From: Armatimonadota bacterium
Lineage (GTDB): Bacteria; Armatimonadota; SYMT01
Length of the DNA stretch: 64,000 bases
Assembly: GCA_046292385.1 (NCBI GenBank)
Contig: JBKBRF010000021.1
Coordinates: forward strand, 32,001 to 96,000
Reading direction: 5' to 3'
The first letter of the stretch is position 1, and every line of letters starts with the position of its first letter. Shown in pieces: positions 47,461 through 57,439 of the stretch. The notes beneath the pieces were generated by a model. The model saw only the letters and a program-made list of their open reading frames with translations. It ran no database searches and was not told the DNA's origin. Position numbers and translations under genes: made by a program.

Positions 47461-47826
47461 TTTTTCACCGCAGAGGACGCAGAGCTCGCAAAGGGGAGAA
47501 CTCTGGATAGATCAAACCCGAGTGAGAGCTACTTCTCACGCGGCCTCACCCCCGGCCCCTCTCCTGCGAGGAGAGGGGAGCTATGGATGTCAGGCTAGCC
47601 TACTCCCCCTTCCCTCGCAGGGAAGGGGGTTTGGGGGGTTAGGCCGCGCCGGAGCGCCAACCGATCGTAATACGCCTTCGAGAGCTTTCAGAGCAGCAGG
47701 ACGCAAAGAACGCCGAGGATGGATCAGAGGGACGAGCCTGCCCCACCGCACAAGCTTCGTGCGGTGTCCCCGGCTGGTTCCCTTTTGTTCCCTCTCCGCG
47801 TCCTTTGCGTTCTCTGCGGTAAAAAA
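47461..47826. repeat. Nested composite of two palindromic repeat families
   Basis: Outer inverted arms TTTTCACCGCAGAGGACGCAGAG / CTTTGCGTTCTCTGCGGTAAAAA; inner pair CCTCACCCCCGGCCCCTCTCC..GGAGAGGGG (47544-47580) and inverted copy (47603-47643). Confidence 0.7.
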
Positions 47827-47862
47827 CTCGCTGCGGGCGGCACCGAGTTAAACGCTAGACGC

Positions 47863-48378
47863 TCACTCGTCCGGCGTCGGGATCGGCTTGATGACGACCG
47901 GCTTCTTCTTGGACTTCTTTTCCTTCTTCTCGTCCTTCTTCGCCTCGTCGGCCGATTTCTCGCCCTCAGGCTTCTTCTCGTCCGTCGCGGCCTCGCCGGC
48001 CTTCTCGGGCTTGGGGACGCGCAGCGTGTACTGCATCGTCTGGGAGCCGCGGCGCATCCAGAGCGTCACTTCCTTGCCGGGGCGGATGTCGTTGATACGC
48101 TCGAAGACCGGGCGGAGCTGACGAACCTCGCGGTCGTCGAAGCGGATCAGCTCGTCGCCGACGCGGACGCCCTTCAGCGCTGCCTCGCTCTTCTCCTCGA
48201 TCTTCAGCACGAACGGATGCGGGTTGCTCCGCTCCTCGCCTACGTACATCCCGAGCAGCCAGCCGGCGCGCTCCGCCTTGTAGACGCCCTTCTGGCGCTT
48301 CTCGCCCTCGGCGTGCGCGGCGCCCACGCAGAACACCGCGGCGGCGGCCAGCAGTAGTGATCGGCTCCAGCGGTTCAT
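47863..48378 (-). CDS. Secreted PDZ domain protein with Lys-rich tail
   Basis: Signal peptide; SEAALKGVRVGDELIRFD; GGAGG RBS. Confidence 0.8.
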   Translation of the reverse strand: MNRWSRSLLLAAAAVFCVGAAHAEGEKRQKGVYKAERAGWLLGMYVGEERSNPHPFVLKIEEKSEAALKGVRVGDELIRFDDREVRQLRPVFERINDIRPGKEVTLWMRRGSQTMQYTLRVPKPEKAGEAATDEKKPEGEKSADEAKKDEKKEKKSKKKPVVIKPIPTPDE

Positions 48379-48639
48379 GGTCGATTCCTCCGTGGTCTCG
48401 GCGTCCCTGTTGGCTTCGCCAGGCGACGTCTCCTCCCCCACTCGGTTGTATCGGGAAGTCGGCCGCGTGTCCGACGAAGCAAGCGCCAGGGTATCAGCCG
48501 CCCTCCCGTCTATGAACAGGGCGTTTGGAGTCCGGGGGTGGGCGGTAAAGTGAGCCCAGTTACCCAAGCTGCTGTCTGGTCGTGGGGTGAATCACGACCA
48601 CAACGACCCGGCCGGCCAGGGCTCGGGCGAGGAAACTGA

Positions 48640-49707
48640 ATGCTCACACTGGTCACGGGCGCGACCGGTTTTCTGGGGCGAGCGCTGGTCCGCGAGCTGG
48701 CGGACCGGGGGGCGGCGCTTCGAGTCCTGACGCGCGATCCGGAACGGGCGACGCGGGAATGCCCCGGGGCCGCGGAGTACGTCCCGGGCGACCTCGCCGA
48801 CCCGGAGAGCCTGGGGCGAGCGGTGCAGGGAGCGCGACATGTCTTCCACCTCGCCACGAGCACCCAAGGGCCGTGGGAGCAGTACGAGCGAGAGACGGTC
48901 CACGGCTCCGCGCACCTGGCCAGGGCCGCCGCCGCGGCCGGAGTGGAGCGGTTCCTCTACGTCAGCTCGATCTGGGTGGTCGACCTGTTTGGCGGCCACG
49001 ACGTGATCGACGAGCGCACCCCGTACCGCACCCAGCACCTGAACCGGTACATCCGCTCCAAGCTGCTGGCGGAGCAAGCGGTGCTGGCGGTCGCCAGGGA
49101 GACTTCCCTGCCGCTCGTCGTGGCGCGGCCGGGGCGCCTCTTCGGTCCGGGCAGCCCGGAGCTGCTCTCGCCCGGGTTCCGGCTGGGCTCCCGGGTGGTG
49201 CTGACCGGCTGGCGAGACACTCCGAGTCCCACGATCTTTCTCCAACACGCGGTCGAGGCGCTCTGTCTGCTGATGGAGCGGGGTGAGCCGGGCGGGATCT
49301 ATCACCTGGTCGATGACCAGCCGGTGCGCCGGCACGCGTACCTCCGGCTGCTCCGCCGCCATTACAACCCGCGGCTCCTCCCGGTGCGCGTGCCGGCCGT
49401 GTGCGTCGGCGCGGCGATCTCCGCACTCCGGCTCTGCGGGCGACTGCACCCCACGCTGGCGGAGCTGGCGCGCTACGCGGAGCGCAGCGCGGAGCGCGTT
49501 TCCGGCGGCCGGGAGATCCGCTTTTCCAACCAACGCCTGCGAGCCCTGGGCTGGCGGCAGTCGTCGCCCACGGAGCTCAACCTCCTCCGCACCATCCGCT
49601 CGTTTGACAATAATCGAGAGGGTGACACACCAAGCCCGGCCATTCCCGGTGCGGAGTCCCCGGCCGGGCCGGATAGCCCTCCAGAAGGAGTCACGAATGC
49701 GATCTAG
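48640..49707 (+). CDS. NAD-dependent epimerase/dehydratase (extended SDR)
   Basis: VTGATGFLG, HLA, YVSS, YIRSK. Confidence 0.88.
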   Translation: MLTLVTGATGFLGRALVRELADRGAALRVLTRDPERATRECPGAAEYVPGDLADPESLGRAVQGARHVFHLATSTQGPWEQYERETVHGSAHLARAAAAAGVERFLYVSSIWVVDLFGGHDVIDERTPYRTQHLNRYIRSKLLAEQAVLAVARETSLPLVVARPGRLFGPGSPELLSPGFRLGSRVVLTGWRDTPSPTIFLQHAVEALCLLMERGEPGGIYHLVDDQPVRRHAYLRLLRRHYNPRLLPVRVPAVCVGAAISALRLCGRLHPTLAELARYAERSAERVSGGREIRFSNQRLRALGWRQSSPTELNLLRTIRSFDNNREGDTPSPAIPGAESPAGPDSPPEGVTNAI

Positions 49708-51148
49708 AGCTCGGGGCCACCGCTGGCCCCGCTTCGGCGTCGCGATCCTCGCCGCCGCGCTCGTAGCCATAGCCGCCGCGCGCCCTTCCACCAGCGGCGG
49801 GGCATCCCCGGAAACCCAGGGGGCCTGGTCTGCCGTGCAGGACTGGCCCGTCATCGCGATCCACAGCCACGTGCTGCCCACGGGGAACGTGCTGGCGTGG
49901 GGCGGGCTGGAAGAGAGTAACTACGCTCCGGAAGTCCGCCTCTGGAACCCCACCACGGGCCAGTTCGTGGGGAGCTTCCCGAACACCCGGACCAACGTCT
50001 TCTGCGCCGGCCACTCGTTCCTGCCGGACGGCCGCTTGCTGGTGACCGGCGGGCATATCACCCCGTTCCGGGGCGTTGCGGACATCAACATCTTCAATCC
50101 GTTCAGCAACACCTGGTCGGCGGGTCCGACCATGAACGCCCCGCGGTGGTATCCCACCAACGTGACGCTCCCCAACGGGGAGGTGCTGATCGTGGCGGGC
50201 ACGATCACCAAAAAGAAGAACAACAAGATTCCGCAGGTGCTCACCACGTCCGGCAGCCTGCGGACCCTGAGCCGGGCGAAGCGCGGTCTCTACACCTATC
50301 CGTGGATGCACCTGGCGCCGAACGGCCGGGTCTTTATGGCGGGGCCGGACCGGTCGACCGCCTACCTGGATACCGCCGGCACGGGCCGCTGGAAGACGGT
50401 CGGAAACCGCAAGGTGAGCAACCGCCGCGAAGGGAGCATGGCGCCCTACGACGTCGACAGGATCCTGGTGGCGGGCGGCGGGAACAACCCGACCAACACC
50501 GCCGAGGTGATCGATCTGAGCGCGGCCCGGCCGAAGTGGCGGAAGGTCTCCCCCATGGCGAGCCGCCGGCGGCACCTGAACCTGACCACGCTGCCGGACG
50601 GCACGGTGCTGGCGAGCGGCGGCACTTCCGGCAAGGGCTTCAACAACGTACGCTTCCCGGTGCTCTCCGCGGAGCTGTGGAACCCTGCGACCGAGCGGTT
50701 CACCACGCTCGCCTCCATGCGGACGCCCCGGCTCTATCACTCGGTCGCGATGCTGCTCCCGGACGCCCGGGTGCTGATGGCGGGCGGCGAGGGCGAAGGC
50801 GGACCGGCGCAGCCGAACGCGGAGATCTTCTCGCCGCCGTACCTCTTCAAGGGCGCCCGGCCGACGATCAGCTCCACGCCCTCCACGGTCACCTACGGCC
50901 AGACCTTCTTCGTCGGCACGCCGGACGCCGGCTCGATCCAGAAGGTGACCTGGATCCGGCTGCAGTCGGTCACGCACAGCTACAACCAGGACCAACGGAT
51001 CAACCGCCTCACCTTTACGCCGTCCGGCGGAGGGCTGAACGTCGCCGCCCCGGCGGATCCGCGGCTGGCGCCCCCGGGCCACTACATGCTCTTCATCCTG
51101 AACGGCAGCGGGGTGCCGTCCGTCTCGCGAATCGTCCGCATCAGTTAG
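49697..51148 (+). CDS. Copper radical oxidase (galactose/glyoxal oxidase, AA5; GlxA-like) with DUF1929 C-terminal domain
   Basis: FCAG (Cys), RWYP (Tyr), YHS and SVTH ligands; kelch repeats; APPGHYMLF; AAGGAG RBS. Confidence 0.9.
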   Translation: MRSRARGHRWPRFGVAILAAALVAIAAARPSTSGGASPETQGAWSAVQDWPVIAIHSHVLPTGNVLAWGGLEESNYAPEVRLWNPTTGQFVGSFPNTRTNVFCAGHSFLPDGRLLVTGGHITPFRGVADINIFNPFSNTWSAGPTMNAPRWYPTNVTLPNGEVLIVAGTITKKKNNKIPQVLTTSGSLRTLSRAKRGLYTYPWMHLAPNGRVFMAGPDRSTAYLDTAGTGRWKTVGNRKVSNRREGSMAPYDVDRILVAGGGNNPTNTAEVIDLSAARPKWRKVSPMASRRRHLNLTTLPDGTVLASGGTSGKGFNNVRFPVLSAELWNPATERFTTLASMRTPRLYHSVAMLLPDARVLMAGGEGEGGPAQPNAEIFSPPYLFKGARPTISSTPSTVTYGQTFFVGTPDAGSIQKVTWIRLQSVTHSYNQDQRINRLTFTPSGGGLNVAAPADPRLAPPGHYMLFILNGSGVPSVSRIVRIS

Positions 51149-51215
51149 CGGACGTTAGCAGGTTGCGGGTTTGCAGGTTAGAACCCGGTTTCCGGGAGCG
51201 CAGACCTGCAGCCTG

Positions 51216-52058
51216 CTACCTGGCCTGACGCCGTGTCCCCGCACTCGAAACCGCCGCGATCTCGGCCCGGAGCGCGGCGATCTCCTGCTGAAGCGCCTGG
51301 AGCTGCTCCGCACCGGCGACCCCGCCCTGCGCCTCCTGGGCGTCCCGCCCGATGAAATAGGAAGCGAGCGTGGCGGTGACGTACCCGAAGATCGCGGTGG
51401 CGAAGAGCGAGAGGATGAAGCTCAGGAGACGACCCTCGGCCGTCCGGGGCCAGTACTCGGAGCCGAGGGTGGTCATCAGCATGCCGGTCCACCAGAGCGC
51501 GTCCGGGTAGCCCCGGAAGCCGCCGCCGGGCGCCGACTTCTCGAACTCGAGCATCCCCGCGGCGCCCGCAAAGGTGACGAGCACCGCGGTCACCAGGACG
51601 TAGCCGAAGCCCCGGCGACCGAAGGCGCTGCGGACCGCCCGGATGCCGCGGTTGAGCGAGGTGATGAGCCGGAAGAACCGGACGCCCCGGGCGGCGCGGG
51701 TGGCCCGGAGCAGCCGCAGCACCCGCACGATGCGGAACACCCGCAGCGCGGGAAGCGCCAGCGCCAGCACGGTGAGCCATTGGCTCCGCAGGAACGGCAG
51801 CTTCTCCGGCGCGAGAGCAAACTTCACGAGGAAGTCGACCACGAAGATGCCCCAGATGACGGTGCCGATCTGCTCCAGCAGCGGCATGGGGCCCCAGAGG
51901 ATCTCCGCCACGAACAGGCCGAGCCAGACGAATCCGAGGATCACCATCGGCGTCTCGAGCCAGTCGACGAGCTGGTCCAGCAGCTCCCACCGCTCGCGCC
52001 GCAGCGTCTCCTCCACCTGCCGCTCGTCGCCCCTCAACTCCCGATCCAGCTCCGCCAT
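51216..52058 (-). CDS. 6-TM voltage-gated ion channel family protein
   Basis: Arg-rich S4 (LRVFRIVRVLRLLR), pore helix DALWW, filter TTLGSEYWP, C-terminal coiled coil. Confidence 0.85.
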   Translation of the reverse strand: MAELDRELRGDERQVEETLRRERWELLDQLVDWLETPMVILGFVWLGLFVAEILWGPMPLLEQIGTVIWGIFVVDFLVKFALAPEKLPFLRSQWLTVLALALPALRVFRIVRVLRLLRATRAARGVRFFRLITSLNRGIRAVRSAFGRRGFGYVLVTAVLVTFAGAAGMLEFEKSAPGGGFRGYPDALWWTGMLMTTLGSEYWPRTAEGRLLSFILSLFATAIFGYVTATLASYFIGRDAQEAQGGVAGAEQLQALQQEIAALRAEIAAVSSAGTRRQAR

Positions 52059-52203
52059 TTGCCGTCCCTCCCGGAGCCCACCCGCTCCTGATGGGGTCTA
52101 CCGGCCCCGGAAGGCGCGCGAAACCCCGCCGGGCGGGCGTAAAGCAGGCAGGCAGATCGTCGCTCCACCCCGAATGAGGCGATAGACCACCGGAGCCATC
52201 GCC

Positions 52204-53673
52204 ATGCCGCGTCTCGCCGTTCCCCTCTCCGCTCTGCTCCTCGCTTCGGCCGGGGCCGGGCTGGTGCCGCGTGCTGCCACCTCCGCGGGCGGGCGCGCGG
52301 ACCGGTCCGCGATCTACGGCCACTCCGCGCCGGAGCGGCCGTCCGGCCCGGTGGATCTTGGGGCCGGCCCGCACCTCTTTCTGGACGACTACCTGATCGA
52401 GTCGAGCGAGGGGCTCACCCGGAGCGCGAACCGCCCACCGCGCGATCCGGCGCTCCCGAACCCGATCGTCACCGGCAAGGAAGACGGGTGCTTCCAACCC
52501 TACCTCTCCGTCGTCCGCGATCCGGAGCGCGGGGTCTTCCGCCTCTGGTACGGCGCTCGGACCGAGGACCGCCGCGGCGACGCCTCTCGCCTCGCCTACC
52601 TGGAATCGCCGGACGGCATCCGCTGGCAACGTCCGCACCGCCTGCTGCCCGACCCGGGGCCGATCCAGTTCGGCGTGAGCGTGCTGGACGAGGGCCCCGG
52701 CTACCCCGACCGGGCGAAGCGCTACAAGTACGCCTGGTGGCACGGCGGCGGCCTGCGCGTGGCCGGCTCCCCGGACGGCTTCCGCTTTACCCCGCTTGCC
52801 GGCGACCGGGTGCTGCTGCCGCACAATCACGACATCAACGGCATCTTCTGGGACCCGATCCGCAAGCGGTACGGCGCGATCGCCTCCACCTACGAGCCGG
52901 GGCCGAAGTGGAAGGGACAGCGGCGGGTGACGATGCAGAGCGTGAGCCCCGACCTGCGCCAGTGGCAGGAGCCGTGGCTCGTCCTGACGCCGGAGGACGG
53001 CGTCGACCCAGGCGAGACGCAGTTCTACGCGATGGACGGCATTCTGGCGCGCGGCGACCTGCTGATCGGCATGGTGAAGGTGCTGCGCGACGACCTGGTG
53101 GCGGACACCCCGCCCGATCCGCCGGAGCAGTACGGCATCGGCTACACGACGCTCGCCTGGAGCCGGGACGGCGAACGCTGGGTGCGGGACCGGGAGCACT
53201 TCTTCGATCCCGACCCGAAGCGAGGCGCCTGGGACCACGCCCACGCGTGGATTGATGAACAGGTGCCGGTCGGCGACCAGGTCTACCTCTACTACGGCGG
53301 CTACGCGCGCGGGCACAAGGTGAACCGCTTCGAGGAGCGGCAGCTCGGCCTGGTGCGGATGCGGCGGGACCGGTACGTCGCCCGCGCAGCCGGAGAGACG
53401 CCGGGCACCCTGCGGACCGTGGTGGTCGTCCCCCGCGGCGACCGCCTGACGCTGAACGTCGACGCCGCCGGAGGAGAGGTCCGCGCCCGCCTGCTGAAGC
53501 CGGACGGCACCCCGCTCCGCGGCTTCACCTACGCTGACTGCCGCCCCATTGCGAGCGACTCCCTCGACGCGCCGGTGCGGTGGAAGCGCCCCCTCGCGGA
53601 GCTAAAGGGCAAGCCGGTGCGCCTGGAGCTTCAGATGCGCAGCGCTAAGCTCTATGCACTCTCGGTGAAGTGA
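52204..53673 (+). CDS. Secreted five-bladed beta-propeller glycosidase-like protein (GH32/43/130 clan-like)
   Basis: Signal peptide; HLFLDD, repeated S.DG..W boxes, YLYYGG, C-terminal beta-sandwich. Confidence 0.65.
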   Translation: MPRLAVPLSALLLASAGAGLVPRAATSAGGRADRSAIYGHSAPERPSGPVDLGAGPHLFLDDYLIESSEGLTRSANRPPRDPALPNPIVTGKEDGCFQPYLSVVRDPERGVFRLWYGARTEDRRGDASRLAYLESPDGIRWQRPHRLLPDPGPIQFGVSVLDEGPGYPDRAKRYKYAWWHGGGLRVAGSPDGFRFTPLAGDRVLLPHNHDINGIFWDPIRKRYGAIASTYEPGPKWKGQRRVTMQSVSPDLRQWQEPWLVLTPEDGVDPGETQFYAMDGILARGDLLIGMVKVLRDDLVADTPPDPPEQYGIGYTTLAWSRDGERWVRDREHFFDPDPKRGAWDHAHAWIDEQVPVGDQVYLYYGGYARGHKVNRFEERQLGLVRMRRDRYVARAAGETPGTLRTVVVVPRGDRLTLNVDAAGGEVRARLLKPDGTPLRGFTYADCRPIASDSLDAPVRWKRPLAELKGKPVRLELQMRSAKLYALSVK

Positions 53674-53703
53674 CGCGTTGCGTCGGGTGCGAGCGCGGCG
53701 GGC

Positions 53704-54651
53704 TCACGGCACCCGCGAACGAGAAGGGAGTCGGGTTCCGAGAACACCCTTCACCTGGTTCCCGTCGAACGTGATTGCCAGCAGCGCGTCCTCTTCGAAG
53801 TACCGGGCGTAGGCCAGGATCTCCAGGCGTCCGTCGCCGTTTACGTCGAGTGGCGCGAAAACCCGATATGCTGCTACCTGCGTGTTCGCCGACTCGAACG
53901 CGAGCGCGACCTCACGAACCCGGCCGCGGCTGAGGAAGCGCAGCCCCAGGAGCGCGAAGTCTCCCTCGACGGCGCGCCCGGGTCCCTCGCGATACGGCGA
54001 CTTCCACGCCTCGCGGGAGCGGGCGGTCCAGAGGACCTCCTCCGTCCCGTCTCCGTTCAGGTCGATCCGCCACGAGTCCAGGACGCGCCAACGGGACGGC
54101 TCACGAGCCCCCATACGTGCCAGCAGCTTACGAGTGCTCGGTCGGAGCTCGGCACGGTCAGGCCCCTGACGCCGCGCGATGCGAGGTCGAGCATTGCTGG
54201 CGCCGGAGAGGTATACGCCCGGCGGTGCAGGGCGAATGGGCCGGTACCCAATCGGCTCCATCCCCTCCGCTTGATGCGGCACAGGCTTGGTACGGACCGC
54301 ACGAGGGGCGGCAGCAGGTGATGAGAAGGCGAGCCATTCGGATGCGGTCCACGCTCCCAGCGCACCCACCTCCGGAAGCCCGATCCATCCACGAGAGGGA
54401 CTCCAGCCACCGGAGAGCGAGAGGCGCTCGACAGGACTCCGCGGCGCGGCATACGCCACGAGCGTAAGCGGTTCACGCTCGGCCGAACTCGATGCCACCT
54501 CCGCCTGGCAGCACAGCCCCAGCGCGGCAGTGAGGCCTGCCAGGCGAGCCAGATGGATCGGCAGCGGCAACGCATCCCTCGCTTTCGAGCGCCATCGGTG
54601 GAGTGCTACCCCTATGGTGACCCGGGACGGGAGCTGGATTCGAACGGCCAA
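53704..54651 (-). CDS. Hypothetical protein with DxNGDG (FG-GAP-like) motifs; start uncertain
   Basis: IDLNGDGTEEV and LDVNGDGRLEI. Confidence 0.5.
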   Translation of the reverse strand: MAVRIQLPSRVTIGVALHRWRSKARDALPLPIHLARLAGLTAALGLCCQAEVASSSAEREPLTLVAYAAPRSPVERLSLSGGWSPSRGWIGLPEVGALGAWTASEWLAFSSPAAAPRAVRTKPVPHQAEGMEPIGYRPIRPAPPGVYLSGASNARPRIARRQGPDRAELRPSTRKLLARMGAREPSRWRVLDSWRIDLNGDGTEEVLWTARSREAWKSPYREGPGRAVEGDFALLGLRFLSRGRVREVALAFESANTQVAAYRVFAPLDVNGDGRLEILAYARYFEEDALLAITFDGNQVKGVLGTRLPSRSRVP

Positions 54652-55568
54652 TCCGGCAGCGGCTCCCGCTTCCGGAGCCAGCGCTCCGGGATCGCCTCAG
54701 CTCCCGTGTAGGCGGCGACGATCCCGCCGACGATGGCGCAGGTGGTGTCCCGGTCTCCCAGGGCGCTAACGGTCAGCCAGAGCGCCTCTTCGTAGTGGTC
54801 CAGGCGCTCGCCGGCGGACCAGAGGCAGAACGGCACCGTATCCTGCGCGGAGATCCGGGAGCCGTTCCCCAGCGCCATCGCCGCCAGCTCCACGGAACAG
54901 CCGGGCTCCAGGCTCCAGGCGTGGCGGAGCTTCTCCCGGACCTCGCTGTCGGGCGTCCGCTCCCGCACCCGCTCCAGCAGCTCACGGCGGCTCGGGCGCT
55001 CTCCCGCCTCCCGGGAGCGCGCGGCCCAGGCGGCGGCGAGCGCCACCGCGACGGCGCCTGCGATCCCCTCCGGATGTGAGTGGGTCACCGCAGCCGACCG
55101 GGCCGCGTGCTCGACCACGGCGTCCAGGTCGTCCGCGAAGTAGGCGCCGAGCGGCGCGACCCGCATCGCGGCGCCGTTGCCGTAGGAGCCCTGCCCACCG
55201 AAGAGCGCGGAAGCCGCCCCCTGCCACGGCTGCCCCTGGCGGATATCCGCCAGGAGCCCGTGCATGGCGGCGCCGTACCCGCGGCCGGGGTCGTACCGCT
55301 CCGCGAAGCTCCACGCGAGGCGGTCCGGGTCGATCCCGCCGCACTCGGCCAGGACCGCGTAGACGGAGAGCGCCATCTCGGTGTCGTCGGTGTACCACCA
55401 GGGCGCCGCCAGCTCCGCGCGCCGGGCGATCAGGCTGCGGAGTGGACCGGCGCTGGTGTCCGAGAGGGTGAAATAGCGGTCGCCGAACGCGTCACCGACG
55501 GAGAGCCCTTCCAGCGATTGGCGAGCGCGCTGGAGGCGCTGGTCGGTGGAGGCGAAATCTGGCATCAC
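54612..55568 (-). CDS. ADP-ribosylglycohydrolase (DraG/ARH family)
   Basis: GDAFG, YTDDTEM, GNGAAMR, THSH, GDRDT. Confidence 0.93.
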   Translation of the reverse strand: MMPDFASTDQRLQRARQSLEGLSVGDAFGDRYFTLSDTSAGPLRSLIARRAELAAPWWYTDDTEMALSVYAVLAECGGIDPDRLAWSFAERYDPGRGYGAAMHGLLADIRQGQPWQGAASALFGGQGSYGNGAAMRVAPLGAYFADDLDAVVEHAARSAAVTHSHPEGIAGAVAVALAAAWAARSREAGERPSRRELLERVRERTPDSEVREKLRHAWSLEPGCSVELAAMALGNGSRISAQDTVPFCLWSAGERLDHYEEALWLTVSALGDRDTTCAIVGGIVAAYTGAEAIPERWLRKREPLPDWPFESSSRPGSP

Positions 55569-55757
55569 CTGAGCTCCTGGCTTTCACAATGCTCGGACTG
55601 GTAAACGGTGCCCGGTCCACCGAGTCCGTAATGGTTCTTCGCATGAAAGAGGTGATACGGGGGGCCGCCTGCAACGTGAGGGAAATCACCGGTTCATGCG
55701 GATTGTATCCTCCGCCACCTCGCGGGGCATGCTCCGCGAGGTGGCACGGCATCCCGG

Positions 55758-57428
55758 ATGGAAGCGAAGGCTACTCGAAAAGCAGCCAGGTTATGCCTGG
55801 CCGGCAGGATCCCGGCGGCTCTGGCGGACACGGCTTCCGCCGACCTGATCCGGATCATGGCCCGAAGGGAGCTGACTCGCGCCGTCAGCTTCACGCGCCT
55901 CCGGGTTGATCTCGCCTTCGCGCTCGCCGGCGCCGCTGCCCTTACGCTAGCGATTCCGCTCCACCGGTCGGTCGAAGCCGCAGACGCGCCGCGTGGGACT
56001 ACCTATCTGGCGGTCCTCGCGGTCGTCATTCAGCTCGGCATCATCGGGCAGAGTGCGATCGCCACCCGCTCCCGCTGGCATCGGGACATGAGCAGCGGCT
56101 CCGCGGAAGAGCTGGCCATGACCGGGGCGGCGCCCTCGCAGCTTCTGCTGGGGATCTGGCTTGGAGCGTGCGGGGCTGCAGCCGCCTCGATTCTCACACT
56201 GCTGCCGGTTCTGGTCCTGACGCTCGCCGTCACCGGGGCATCGGCCTCCGTAATGGCGCCGGTGCTCCTCTCCTGGTGGCTCTCCGCCGCCGCGGGCAGC
56301 GTGCTGGGTCTCATCCTGGCCTCCACCGAGCGCCAGGGCCTGAACGGGTCGCCCGTAGCTTGGCGCTTCTGGATCCTTCTGATTCTGGCCTGGGGATCCT
56401 ACCGGAGCCTGTTTTCGACGTTCGGCGGCAGTGGATGGGCGCTCGAGCTACTGCGCATCTTCCGCAGCGCCGATCCCTTGCTCCTGGTGCCGGCCGCGGC
56501 CGGAGCGGTCGGCGAGCCGTGGGTGCCGAAGGCAGCGGCGGCCCTCCTGGCAATCGCCGGAACGGTAGCGTGGATCGGCAGCTCGCCCCGGCGGTTCGAC
56601 TGGGGCGAGCCGCCAAAGGCGAGCGCGAGCTTCGACGGACTGATGCTGCTGCGGCCGGTGCGGCGATGGGTCGCCGCGCACCGCCAGGCGCAGCCTCCCT
56701 GCTACGACCGGGACCTGGCCTATCGCTTTGAGCGGGCGCATGGTTGGCGTTTGCGAATTAGCACGGCGGGCTGGCTAATGCTGCTGGCGATCCTGCTGAT
56801 CCCGGCGCTGCCGGTCGCGCTGTTGGGACCGGGCGCGCGGTCCGGCGCCTGGCTGCTGCTGATGCTCCCGCCGGTCGGCTCCGCGTTGATCGCCGGAATC
56901 GGAACAGCCGCCGCCCTCGCGGCGGAGCGGGAGCTGTCGCGTTGGCCGGGCCTGCTGTCCACGCCGCTGAGGACACGTGACTGGCTGCTGGCGAAGTGCC
57001 GCGCCGCCTGCACGGAGAGTGCTCCGCTCTGGGCGGCGGCGGCTTTCCAGGCCGCGCTTTTCGCGGTGGCGGGTGTCCTCGACTGGTCGGCGGTGGCGGT
57101 GGCGGGGCTGAGCGCGCCGCTCGCCGCCGGCGTCACCGCCGCCTGGACTGCGGCGTTCTGCGTCTCAGCGCGCTCCCTCGCCACTGCCACCCAGCGCGCC
57201 GTGATCCTGCTGCTCGTGCCGCCGGTGGTGGTGGAGCTGGCTCGCTGGCTGCTGCCGGGCGGGGAGGCACTGGAGAGCCTGAGTCTCTTCCATCTCCTCG
57301 CAGAGGCGCACCGCCACGGGCTTCACTCCGGCGGCCTCCCTCTCGTGGTCTCCACGGCACATGCCGCGAGTGCCTCGCTCTGCCTGGCGGCGGCCGTGTG
57401 GCAGCTCGAGCGCGATTCGCTCGAATGA
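55758..57428 (+). CDS. Polytopic membrane protein with two ABC-2 permease-like halves
   Basis: SGSAEELAMTG..PSQLLLG and AERELSRWPGLLSTPL...DWLLAK motifs; many TM segments; start uncertain. Confidence 0.55.
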   Translation: MEAKATRKAARLCLAGRIPAALADTASADLIRIMARRELTRAVSFTRLRVDLAFALAGAAALTLAIPLHRSVEAADAPRGTTYLAVLAVVIQLGIIGQSAIATRSRWHRDMSSGSAEELAMTGAAPSQLLLGIWLGACGAAAASILTLLPVLVLTLAVTGASASVMAPVLLSWWLSAAAGSVLGLILASTERQGLNGSPVAWRFWILLILAWGSYRSLFSTFGGSGWALELLRIFRSADPLLLVPAAAGAVGEPWVPKAAAALLAIAGTVAWIGSSPRRFDWGEPPKASASFDGLMLLRPVRRWVAAHRQAQPPCYDRDLAYRFERAHGWRLRISTAGWLMLLAILLIPALPVALLGPGARSGAWLLLMLPPVGSALIAGIGTAAALAAERELSRWPGLLSTPLRTRDWLLAKCRAACTESAPLWAAAAFQAALFAVAGVLDWSAVAVAGLSAPLAAGVTAAWTAAFCVSARSLATATQRAVILLLVPPVVVELARWLLPGGEALESLSLFHLLAEAHRHGLHSGGLPLVVSTAHAASASLCLAAAVWQLERDSLE

Positions 57429-57439
57429 TCCTGTGAGGA

